Source: Camelus dromedarius (taxonomy: Eukaryota). From it: a stretch of DNA of 64,000 nt. Location of the stretch: positions 682,001 to 746,000 of the forward strand of contig NC_087462.1 in assembly GCF_036321535.1 (NCBI RefSeq). The letters run 5' to 3'. Positions 19,301-29,007 of this stretch are shown here, in pieces (position 1 is the first letter of the stretch; every line of letters starts with the position of its first letter). The position numbers and the translations under genes were made by a program. Below the pieces are notes generated by a model, which was not told the origin of the DNA, did not search any database, and saw nothing but the letters and a program-made list of their open reading frames with translations.

Positions 19301-22300
19301 ACTGGGCAGCAGGTGTCCCAGTGGCCTGGCCCCACTGAGCTCCCTTTAGCAGAGTTGGTTCCCACTGTCAGTGCCCACTCCCCACGCAGGGTCCTTGGGT
19401 GGAGAGTTTAGAAGCCCTGTATCCAGTGCCCCATGTGACCAGGGGTCTGCAGGATTGGAGACCCACCACCTGTTATAAATAAAGTTTTATTGGCACAAAC
19501 CATCCTCATTTACACGTTATCCAGGGCTGCTTTCGTGCAACAGCAGACGGACTGACTCCAAAGCCAAAACCAACCATCTGGTGCCTCATGGGAAAAGTTC
19601 ACCAATCCGTGTTCTGGACCGAAAAGCCTTTCGTTTTACTGGGGAACAGCATGCAGCCCTGGGTCCTCCTCCTGACCAGCTCCAAGACCTTGGGCAAAAT
19701 GCCTGGTGGCAAGTGGGTGAGGCCGGCCAGCGGGGTGGGGCATGGGGACCCTGCCCTGGGCGCAGAGTCTCCTGCTCCATGGCAGCCTCTGGGCCTTGCT
19801 CCCTGCCAGGGGCCACAGCTCACCTCTAGTGTCCAGACTGGACGCCCGCTGGCTGGGCTCCAGCTTCCACTTCTTGACCTTGAAGTAGGGGCTGGCCCCA
19901 TCCAGGCTGGCGTGGCGCCTCAGGCGGGTGAAGAACTGCAGGACAGGGCCCGCCCCAGAGCCGGGGCCCGCCTCCCCCGGTCCTGCTGCCACCCCGGGGC
20001 CCCCAGGCTTGGCACTCCTGACAGCCGCGTCCAACTGTGAGGAAAGAGAGATTCTTTCAGACACGCAGACTCCTGGCCTGGTCCACAGCCCTGCATTTGT
20101 GCTGAGGAAGAGCCGGGGACTCTCGGGGAGTAGGAGCCATGCTAAGCCCAGGGGCTGGGGCCTCCTTCCCACTGAGACCCTGCCTGAGAGGCTCCCCAGG
20201 GGCTCAGCCAGTCACTGGCCAGCTCTGTTCTCCCAGCCCTGAACAGAGGGGGTCGGAGGGTGAGCATCTGGGGTTCCTGGCCCACTGCCCGAGATGGGGC
20301 CTGAACCCCGCCACCCCCACCTGCAGCTGCCACCCTGCCCCAGGCATGCGTGCACCAGCAGCCTCCCTCCTGAGTGCAGGGGCCAGGAGGGCCATGGTGG
20401 GTGGGGGGCCACAGAATAACTCTTCCTGGGATGGGGCAGGGGTGCCTACACAGGGGCCTCACCGAGGTGCCTTCCCCAGAGTCACTGGATGCCGAGGGGC
20501 TGATCTCGAAGTCGGCAGGGCCCACGGCCNNNNNNNNNNNNNNNNNNNNNNNNNNNNNNNNNNNNNNNNNNNNNNNNNNNNNNNNNNNNNNNNNNNNNNN
20601 NNNNNNNNNNNNNNNNNNNNNNNNNNNNNNNNNNNNNNNNNNNNNNNNNNNNNNNNNNNNNNGAGGGTGTGCTGGGCCTGCCACCCACAGTGTACCCAGC
20701 CGGCCCGCTCCCCATCCTGAGATGAGGGGCCCAGCTGGAGGGCGGGGAAGGCAGTGAGGGTGGGGTCCTGCCTGGAGTCCTGGGCCAGCCGCCACCCCCC
20801 CCTCACCTGGAATATGGCAAAGCTGGCCTTGGGGGCTGCAGCGGGGTGCGGTGTGGTGGTGGCACTGGCCTCGCCTGAGTCACACTCATGGATGGTGACA
20901 ATCTTGAGGGGCGGCAGGTGCAGGTGTGTGAGGCGGGCGTTCTTCAAGTGATGAAAGTCCCCCTCCGTCAGGGTGTACCTGCGCCCAGCATGCCTGCCTG
21001 TCACCAGCGGGCTGCCCCCTCAACGTGCAGCTCCACTTAGGGGGAGCCAGGTCCCCAGCCCACACCCTGCCATCCTCTCTGGGACCGCTGTCACCCTGCC
21101 AGGTGTAGGGGAGAGCAGGGCAACCAGGGAGGCCAGCCCGCTCCCCCGCTGCCCAGCCTCCATACCTGCGGCCCTTGTCCCTCGCCTTCCGGCTCTGCTC
21201 AAATAGGGCTGCCTCGTTGAAGGACACCCGGCGGCCAGTGGAGCCGGTGGACAGGAAGCGCTCGGTCTCAGCATCCTGGCCCTCAGGGTCCTCCCCCCTG
21301 AAGTCGGGGTCTGCGAGGAGAGCCAAGAGAGGGTGGGCCCCAAGTGGGCCGTGCTGGGTGCCAGGCGGGCCACTGGGTGGGGCGGGTCCGGAAGGGAGCG
21401 CGGAGGGCCCGACTGACCGCCCGGGACAGGGCGGGGGTGGACGGGCACTCGCTCAGCCGCTCACACACTCACTCACTCAGCATGCGCCTGCGGGCACCTA
21501 CGCGTGGGCTTAAGGAAACAGAGATGAGTCGGAAGCGAGCTGCGCCCAGTCTGGTGGGGGAGACAGACAGACACAGATGGTCAGGCGGCCCGAGGGGGGC
21601 AGCCGGGGGGCAGACGGGAGGGTGGGCAGATGGGTGGGGCTCGGGACCTGGCCGGCCCCTCACCTGGGGCTGGGTGTGTGCCGCTGTCCAGATAGGTGGT
21701 AGTGGTCTTCTCTGCTTCTTCTGGGGCTCTGGGGAGGGACAGTCGGGGAGCACAGTGGGCTGGAGGGCCCAGACAGTACTGCCCACAGGTCCCTGCAGGG
21801 CTTATGCCCAAGGGCAGTGTCCCAGGCTCACAGGAGCCTGGATCTTTGGACTGCCGTGTTCCATGGGCCCTGTGTGAGCACACGCTGGGGAAACGACACT
21901 AAAAGCAGGCCCAGGACTCTGGCTGGTGGACACAACCTGCACCCCAGACAGGCTCTCGTGCTGACCTGTCCCTGCTCCCTGGTGGGGGCGGTTGGGGCTG
22001 CGCACCTGTGGAGGCGCCGGTGGACCTCCCAGCAGCGCCTGCAGAGCAGCAGCACGCCTGACAGCACCACGAGCGTGCCCCCAACGAAAAGTGCCATCAC
22101 CACCACCAGCAGCACAGAGTTGTCCAGTATGGGGTCCGGCTCAGTCTGCAGGAGGGTCAGCAGTTGGGGGGAGCTGTGTCAGGGCCGGTGGGTGTGGACT
22201 GGTGGCCCCGCCCCACCAGTCCTCCCCAACCTCCCCACCTCACTCACCGTGGGGCGGCCCGTGACGTTGTCCCACGTTGTGGTCAGGGCGACAGTGGCAG

Positions 22301-22340
22301 GGGTGGTGACGGCTGTGGCCATGGTGGCTGTAGGCTGCAT
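16389..22340 (-). CDS. CBARP: CACN subunit beta-associated regulatory protein (BARP, C19orf26). Coding exons 22340-22248, 22145-22006, 21728-21664, 21310-21166, 20978-20807, (gap)-20463, 20034-19824, 18591-18408, 17472-16389
   Basis: MQPTATMATAV...WDNVTGRPT; TM segment VLLVVVMALFVGGTLVVLSGVLLLC; RRVSFNEAALF; YTLTEGDFHHLKNARL; RRHASLDGASPYFKVKKW; LLQMDSGYASIE; DYSIDEKTDALFHEFLRHDP; ends TSPDHSPV*. GT-AG junctions are in phase. The exon 7 acceptor is lost in the N gap. Confidence 0.95.
19440..19611. mobile_element. MER58A-like hAT-Charlie MITE in CBARP intron 8
   Basis: caggggtc terminus, taaataaagttttattggcaca core, ggctgctttcg, and an aaaagtt...cc right end. Confidence 0.75.
20530..20662. 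other. Assembly gap (133 N) covering the 5' part of CBARP exon 7
   Basis: Run of N. The exon resumes as AVGPADFEISPSASSDSGEGTS with its donor at 20462. Confidence 0.97.
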
Positions 22341-24104
22341 TTTGAGGCTAGGAGGAGGGGCCTAGGGGGGTAGGGCCTGCTCAGCTGGAGCTCCTTGGTC
22401 CCCCTTCCCACCTCCCTGGGAGTAGGAGCAGGGGTCCACACAGGGCAGTGACCCACAGAGAGGTGAAGGGGGGAGCCCCGAGGCAGCCAGCACCTGGCTC
22501 AGATCGGTGCCCGGGACCTCTCTGTCCCCATCTCCGAAAAGGGGAGGCGTGTGCATATTGACAGCTTCCCCAGCCGGTGGGGCCGGCCAGGCAAGGTGGC
22601 GCTGGGCAGGGAGCCCTGCCCAGGAAAGGGGGAGCACCTCTGCCAGGAATGGGGAAACTGAGGCTATCAGCCCACTCCCGCCAGGCTCCAGGGGCCCTGC
22701 CTGCCCCATCAGGGGCGCGGGAGGGGCTGCCTGGGTCCTAGGGGACTGATTGCAATAATAACGGGGACTCGGGTCATCCCTTGGGCTATCCAGCCCCGGG
22801 GAGGGGGGAGAAGAGCTGACCACGGGGACTCCTAGGTCATGACACTCAGAGGTAAAAGTTCCCCTCTGCAGAGTGGTGGTGGGGGAATGAAAAGGCCAAA
22901 GAAGGCGCATCTGTTCCCAGCCCTCAAGAATCTGGTTCCCATGGCGACTGAGCGAGCAGGCCGAGCTGGTGGAGGGGAGCGGGTTGCCAGGGAGCACGAG
23001 GAGGGGAGGGGGCGCGGGGGAGGGAGGCCTCCTGCAGGGGAGGCTGAAGCCAGCCCCGGGCGGCAAGATGGCTGCTGCCGCCGCCCGCCGGTGCCCAGCC
23101 CGACCACGCGCCCCCGCCGCACCCCTCCCAGCCCCAGCTGGCCAGTTTCCACGTCTGCCTGGCGTGGAGGCACCGAGGCTGGGAGGGTCTCCGTGCTCGG
23201 GAAGGGGACTGCCTGGACATTGCACCTGACCGCCCTCCCCAGCACACAGCTCCTTCCTGCGGGAAGGACCGGTGGCTGCACTATGGAATATCAGGGAACC
23301 GAGTCTGGGGCCGGGATGACCGGCAGCCCTGAGCGGACACGGCGAGTGGCCCTTCCCCGCAGGAAAGGGAAAGCCCGTACACAGGTTCCGGCGTCCCCAA
23401 CCTTTTGGGGCTTTACCCCCACTTGACAGCGGAGGGGAAACTGAGGCCCAGAGGAGGGGAGGGTACCGGCAAAAGCCAGGTGTCCTCAGCACTCTGGGTC
23501 AGAGGCTGGCCGCGACTCCCCTGCATCCTTGGGGGAGGGGGCACCTATATGTAGGTCGGGAAATGAGTTCACGCTGGAGGGGGAGGGGGCAGAGGCACAG
23601 GGACGATGACAGGAGATCAGGAAAGATGGCAGGAGGCCGAGGGGGAAGCGGGGGTAGGCGGGGACGGCAGCCTAGGGCGGAGGGTCCAGCCCCTAAAGTC
23701 CCGCCGGGCCTTGGCTCCCGATCGGGCTTGCCTCCGCTCCCACCCCCGCGCCCTCAACCGGCCCTAGGGACGGGGATGGCAAGCGGCGAGATGCAGGGAA
23801 CCGACTCCAGACACTTCTCAATCTCGTGTTAAGCCAAGAAGCGCAAACGCCATGGCCCTTGGCAAATCTCACAGCGGGAAACTGAGGCTGGGGAAGGCGT
23901 GGGCAAGGGTCCCTCTCCGGGCTGCCGAAGGGAGGGTGCAGAGCCCCGTCGACTGACCCCTCACGCTGGCCCCGGCTCCTCCGCTCCCTGCCTCTGGCCT
24001 CGCCGCCTCGCGGGAAGGGACCGGTGGTCTCGAGCCAGGGCGGGCCCCGCGGCCTCAGCCTGTCCCCCGCCCGCCCCGGTGCAGCCCCAGGCCCGCGCGC
24101 CTAC

Positions 24105-24300
24105 CTCAGCGCCGGGGCGCGCGGCCCATGGGCGGCGGGCGGGCGGCTGCGCGGCGCTCCCGGCTGGCTCCGGCGCCCGGTAGCCGCGGAGCAGGCGGAG
24201 AATTTATGAATGAAGAGCGCGGCGCACGGGGGAGGCAGGCGCCAGAGGAGGGGCCGCACACGTGATCACGTTGGCCGCAAGCCCGCTCCGACCCGCTCGG
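24105..24300 (-). promoter_or_regulatory. CBARP: CBARP non-coding exon 1 and core promoter in a CpG island
   Basis: Minus-strand donor GAG|GTAGGC at 24105|24104, TATA-like CATAAA at 24208-24203, E-box CACGTG 24259-24264 overlapping the palindrome ACGTGATCACGT (24260-24271). CpG-dense over about 23600-24600. Confidence 0.7.
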
Positions 24301-24769
24301 TGTCGCCCGGTGCCGCCCGGTCCCCGGCCGGCCGCCCCCACCGCTTTCTCCGCCGCGTCTGACTAGCTCCGCGCCAGCCACCGCCTCCCCTTCCCTTCCG
24401 GCGGGGGCGGGGGGCGGAGCCTGCGCTCCCGGGCGCCCCCTCCCCACGCGGAGCCGCCCTCTCCCGAGGCAGCTGAATCTCCGCCTCCGGTCCCCCCTTC
24501 ACGACTCCCCGACCCTTCCCAGGATCCCCAAGGAAAGAAAACCAAAGTGGTGTTGGTCCTGGGGCTCACGACTCCCCGCAGCCCGGAATCCTGGGGTGCA
24601 TAAACTCCCCTTCCATCACTTCCCCCAACTTGGGAGTCTGCAGGATGCACAGCCCAGGGGCTCCGGCACTGTCAGGGATCACCAGGAGCCCTTGTTAGGA
24701 TGAGCAAAGATAATGAACGCAACCTATGCTCAGTGCCACCAGGGCCTGCCCAGCGCCCAGTGACCTCAG

Positions 24770-25265
24770 ATCTACCCCTTCAGAAACCCCATGCCTGGTC
24801 AATTCCAAAGCTGCTCCTTCTCGGACAATCGTGCCAAATCCTTCTAGATGTGAAGGCCACCAAGCTGCCACCAACCTTGTCTGGGTCCCAGCCCAGCCTG
24901 TCTAGTCCTGTGCTCAACATAGCAAAATGGCACCCCTTTCTCCTCCAGTGAAAGCGGAAAGCCCAGTCCAACCTCAGGGCCTTTGCACTTGCAGGGGCTG
25001 GGCCTGCAGGGCTTTCCTCACTCAGTGGCAAGAGTCCCTCCCTCGCTTCCGTCACCTCTTTCCCAGTGGCAAATTCTTCATCTCCTCTTGGCCCCACAAA
25101 GCAGCTCCCATCCCACACTTCCTCCATCCCCCTGTTGTACTTTGCTTTTCTCCAAGACCCCGTGTTGTGTCCTTACTCACGCCTCTCCCCACTCCATGGT
25201 GACAGGGCAGGAGTTCTCTTACAGCTCGGTCCCTGGTCATAGCACAGGGCCGGCACACTGGAGGG
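24770..25265 (+). mobile_element. L2 LINE remnant
   Basis: ctcagggcctttgcacttgc and agcacagggccggcaca resemble L2 3' region signatures; highly degenerate. Confidence 0.45.
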
Positions 25266-25949
25266 ATCGTGCGTGTCCAGTGGATGAAAGGATGACCCTG
25301 CTGAAGGAGGGCAAGGGGCAGTCAAACGGACAGGCACTCAGGATGGCCAGTGGAAAATGCATGTGCAAAGTCCGAGGTCCGAAACTGTGTTGGAGGGAAT
25401 GGGGAAGCCATCTTGTGGTTCCCAGCAGCGGAATGACACGGTCCCTCTCGCTGTGTGTGGAGAAAGCATCAAGGGAGGAGCCTGGGGCCATCCAAGCCAG
25501 GAAGGGTCGCTGCAGTGGCTGAACTGGGTGGACGAGCCTTGTGGATGGATCCACTGTAGAATTCCAGTATAACCCCATGTTTGGGACCTGAGAAACGGGT
25601 GGGTAGCGCCCCTACCCCTGGGCCACCATGGAGTGAGGATTAGAGATGAGCCGAGTGGATTGGTTTGAGGAGTCTTTTGGAATAGGCCTCCATATATAGG
25701 CTCTGGCGCTCCGTGAGAGGTCGTGGCCGTGCACCGGGCGCACCCCTACAAATGTGAGAGGCGCTTTCCTCTGCACACACTCGCCTACAGCCAGGATGCC
25801 CAAGGAACTGGGACTGACGCCCCGAGTGCCCCTGAGCGCTGGCCCGGAGAGGGGGCGGGGGTCTGGGCGCGAGGCTTCCCTGTAGGAGCCTCTTTCGGCC
25901 ACAGCACCTGCAGAGCCAAACGCCCAGGTGTGACACCCTTCCCCGTACC

Positions 25950-26851
25950 GTCCTCAGCCAAGTCCCTTCCTGGTGTGGGCCCTACGTGGGTTGAGCCGGA
26001 CTCTGCGTTGTCCCAGAATCCAGGCTGGGGGCTGGGGCCCGGCCCGGGGCGCAGACCTGCAGAAACGCGGGGGCGGGGCGGTGACGTCAGCGCCGCGAGC
26101 GAGGCTGCGCGGGCCGCGGTGACGTCCGCTGAGCCCCAGGCCGCCCGCGCAAGCGCCCCTACGTCAGCAGCGCGCGGAAGCGGTGGCAGGTCGGGAGGGG
26201 CCAGGCGGAGAGCATCTCCGGGAGCCGTTCGCCCCCTGCCGACGTCAACGGGAGTTGCAGCCAAGCGTTTCCCACACGGCTGAACGCTTGCCCGCGCTAG
26301 ACTCTCCGCCTGGGATGCTGTTGCCGGGACGCCTGCACTTCCTACAGCCGGCGCACTCCGGAACCCCTACTGTTTTCTTGTTTGTGTTTGTTACTTCCTG
26401 ACATACTATAAGACATATTCATTATTTTGAGTGTCTGTTAAACGCCCCCACCACCCCAAGCTGTATCAGGAATCTTGATATTTCCCTGGTATCTCTCCAG
26501 CGCCTGACATCCAATGAGCGTCCCCAAAACCTTGTATTCAACTCAAGTGTCTCTTCACGCAGACTTCTGGTCCTCTCCATGCAGTACCGTATAACTGACC
26601 ATCGGGCTGGGAGCTCGGGTCGGAAGGAAACTACAACCCCCAGGATGCCGCGCGCCCTGGCGGTGCGTCGTCATCAACATCGCGCGCAGCCCGCCGGGAG
26701 TCGTAGTTCGCGCGTGCGCCCTACTTGAATTCTTATCCCAGAAGTCCTCGCGCGTCGTCCTCCTCGCCCTCCAGGCCGTTTGCGTCCAGCCGGAGTCCGC
26801 TAGCCTCCACCCCGCCGTCCGCCGTCCGCCGACCGCGGTACGCCTGCCGCC
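25950..26851 (+). promoter_or_regulatory. ATP5F1D: ATP5F1D CpG-island promoter region
   Basis: CRE TGACGTCA 26082-26089 plus half-sites, ACTACA-N-CCC (ZNF143/THAP11-type) motifs at 26630-26648 (+) and 26696-26708 (-), NRF1-like CGCGCGTGCGCC 26709-26720. Confidence 0.75.
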
Positions 26852-28549
26852 ATGCTGCCTGCCGCGCTGCTCCGCCGCCCAGGCTTGGCCCGCCTCGTGC
26901 GCCAAGCCCGCGCTTACGCCGAGGCTGCCGCCGCCCCGGCCCCCGTCGCTGGCCCGGGACAGATGTCCTTCACCTTCGCCTCACCCACGCAGGTTCGGAC
27001 GTCCGCGGGCTCGGGCCCCGCACCCGCGCCCCTGTCCCGTGTGGTCCGGGATCCGAGCCCCCAGTCCCCAGGTCGGCGACCTGCATTCCAGTCCCGCGCC
27101 CCTATCCCGTCTGGTCCGGGATCCGAGCCCCCAACTCCCGTGGTCGCCGTCCCTCAGCCCCTCATTCCGATCTGCGCCCAGCATGCGCCCTAACGCCACG
27201 TGATTCAGACCGGAGTCCCCGGTACCCCTTCCGAGTTATGCGCCTCCTGCATGCTCCCTCCTGCAGTGGCTGTTTGTGCCATAACGGCGTTTCCTTACGG
27301 GAGGAATGGTGGTTTGATTTCGTTCTCTTGTAGACGAAGGCAGTGCAGCCTTGCTCGAGGACCCCACCGAAGCATTGGTCCCAGTGCAGCTGCCTCTGGG
27401 TCCCTCATCAGCTTTCAGCTCTGACGTAGATGTTTAATGGCAGGGGAGACTAAATGCTGGTTCCGTGGTACTGGCCTGAAGCAACCGGTTCATCACGCTT
27501 TCTCTAGGTGTTCTTCAACGGTGCCAACGTCCGGCAGGTGGACGTGCCCACGCAGACGGGAGCCTTCGGCATTCTGGCAGCCCATGTGCCCACCCTGCAG
27601 GTCCTGCGGCCGGGGCTGGTTGTGGTCCATGCTGAAGACGGTACCACTTCCAAATACTTTGGTGAGTTGAGTGGAGGGCAGAGGAAAGAGGCTGGGCAGA
27701 GGACACCGGTCCCAGCAGACAAGTCCCCATTTCAGTTGACTGAGTAAGAAAGGGCATAGTGCTTCCCAGCTTTGGACTGGCTGTGGTTAGGGGTCGAACT
27801 GGTCAGGGGAGGGGGACCCATGCTGACAGGTGCTGGGAAGAGAAGTGAAAATGTGGCCTGGAGGGGGCCCTTTGGAGGAGGAAGGATCCTCCATTCTGAG
27901 AAAGTCATCCAGCAGCGTGGTTCTTTCCCAGCACCACAACTGAGACTTGAACTCAGTTCTGCTTTTCCCCTGACCTTGGTTCAGCCCATGGGCTGGTGGG
28001 CAGAGGGAGGGGTCTTTGCCCCCATGTCCAGCCTCCAGGGGGTGCACCTGGTGGTCACCTATCTACTTGTGTGCTTGAGCCTTTGGACCTTGGAGCCAGG
28101 CTGTGGGCTCACCCTCCCAACCCAGTAGGGGCTCGGGCTGCCTGTGTCCCCCATGCCTGGACATAGAGCTCTCACTCCCCTTTCCCCTCCGCAGTGAGCA
28201 GCGGTTCTGTCACAGTGAATGCTGATTCCTCGGTGCAGTTACTGGCTGAAGAAGCTGTGACACTGGACATGCTGGACCTGGGGGTGAGTGCCCCAGGGGA
28301 TGTCGAGGCACAGAGCTGGTCGAAGCTGGTGGAGAACTCCCTGGCTGCAGGGAGGGAACTAGCATGTGGGGCCGGTGTCGGGCTGGGGCCCAGGCTTAGT
28401 CCTCACCCGCCACCCACCCCCTGCAGGCGGCCAAGGCGAACCTGGAGAAGGCGCAGTCGGAGCTGTTGGGGGCGGCAGATGAGGCCACGAGGGCCGAGAT
28501 CCAGATCCGCATCGAGGCCAGCGAGGCCCTGGTGAAGGCCCTGGAGTAG
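26852..28549 (+). CDS. ATP5F1D: Mitochondrial ATP synthase F1 subunit delta precursor, 168 aa. Exons 26852-26992, 27508-27661, 28195-28283, 28427-28549
   Basis: Transit peptide MLPAALLRRPGLARLVRQARAYAE; MSFTFASPTQ|VFFNGANVRQVDVPTQTGAFGILAAHVPTLQVLRPGLVVVH; ends EALVKALE*. Junction phases are consistent. Confidence 0.99.
27023..27150 (+). repeat. 70-bp-period tandem duplication in ATP5F1D intron 1
   Basis: cccgcgcccct(g/a)tcccgt(g/c)tggtccgggatccgagccccca starts at both 27023 and 27093. Confidence 0.8.
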
Positions 28550-29001
28550 GCGGGGCCTGCCCCGTGTTGGCTGTGGCGGAGGCCCAGGCAGCGGAGGCAG
28601 CTCCCGTGGTCCAGGCTGACTTGGGGGGCAGGAGGCTGAGTGAAGCGGGCCAGACAGCCCCTAGAGCACTACTTCCCTAGGGGAAGCGGTCCTTGCTGGG
28701 AAGCCGCCAGGTGGCAGCATAGGGCCAGCTTCTGTCCAGGGCATCCTGCAGGGCTTTGTTCCCTCCTGCTAAATAAACCTCAGGAACAAGCCCTCAGCAA
28801 CTCTGGCCAACTTGGTGGGGCGGGGCGAGTTCAGACACTCGCCCTGTCCGTGGTGGGTATTGTCACTCTGGGGGCTCTTGTCCCACCTCCCAAGATCCCC
28901 TGGACCTGATGTGCTGCCCACCACTCCCCTGCCGAGCCTGCTGCAGAGAGCTCTGCTCCCAGCCTTCTCGCCCAGACAGCCTGCCCCCTCCCAAGGCCCT
29001 C

Positions 29002-29007
29002 ATTAAA
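29002..29007 (+). terminator. ATP5F1D: ATP5F1D polyadenylation signal (ATTAAA); a proximal AATAAA lies at 28772-28777
   Basis: ATTAAA followed by the TG-rich tract ttgtgtatactggctttgt. Confidence 0.65.

Noticed and set aside
22362-23492. 376-aa minus-strand ORF in CBARP intron 1, and a Kozak-context ATG near 22942
   Set aside because: No homology signal and no convincing donor linking it in frame to exon 2.
25690-25700. CCATATATAGG as a CArG/SRF box
   Set aside because: Seven A/T bases lie between CC and GG; the consensus needs six.
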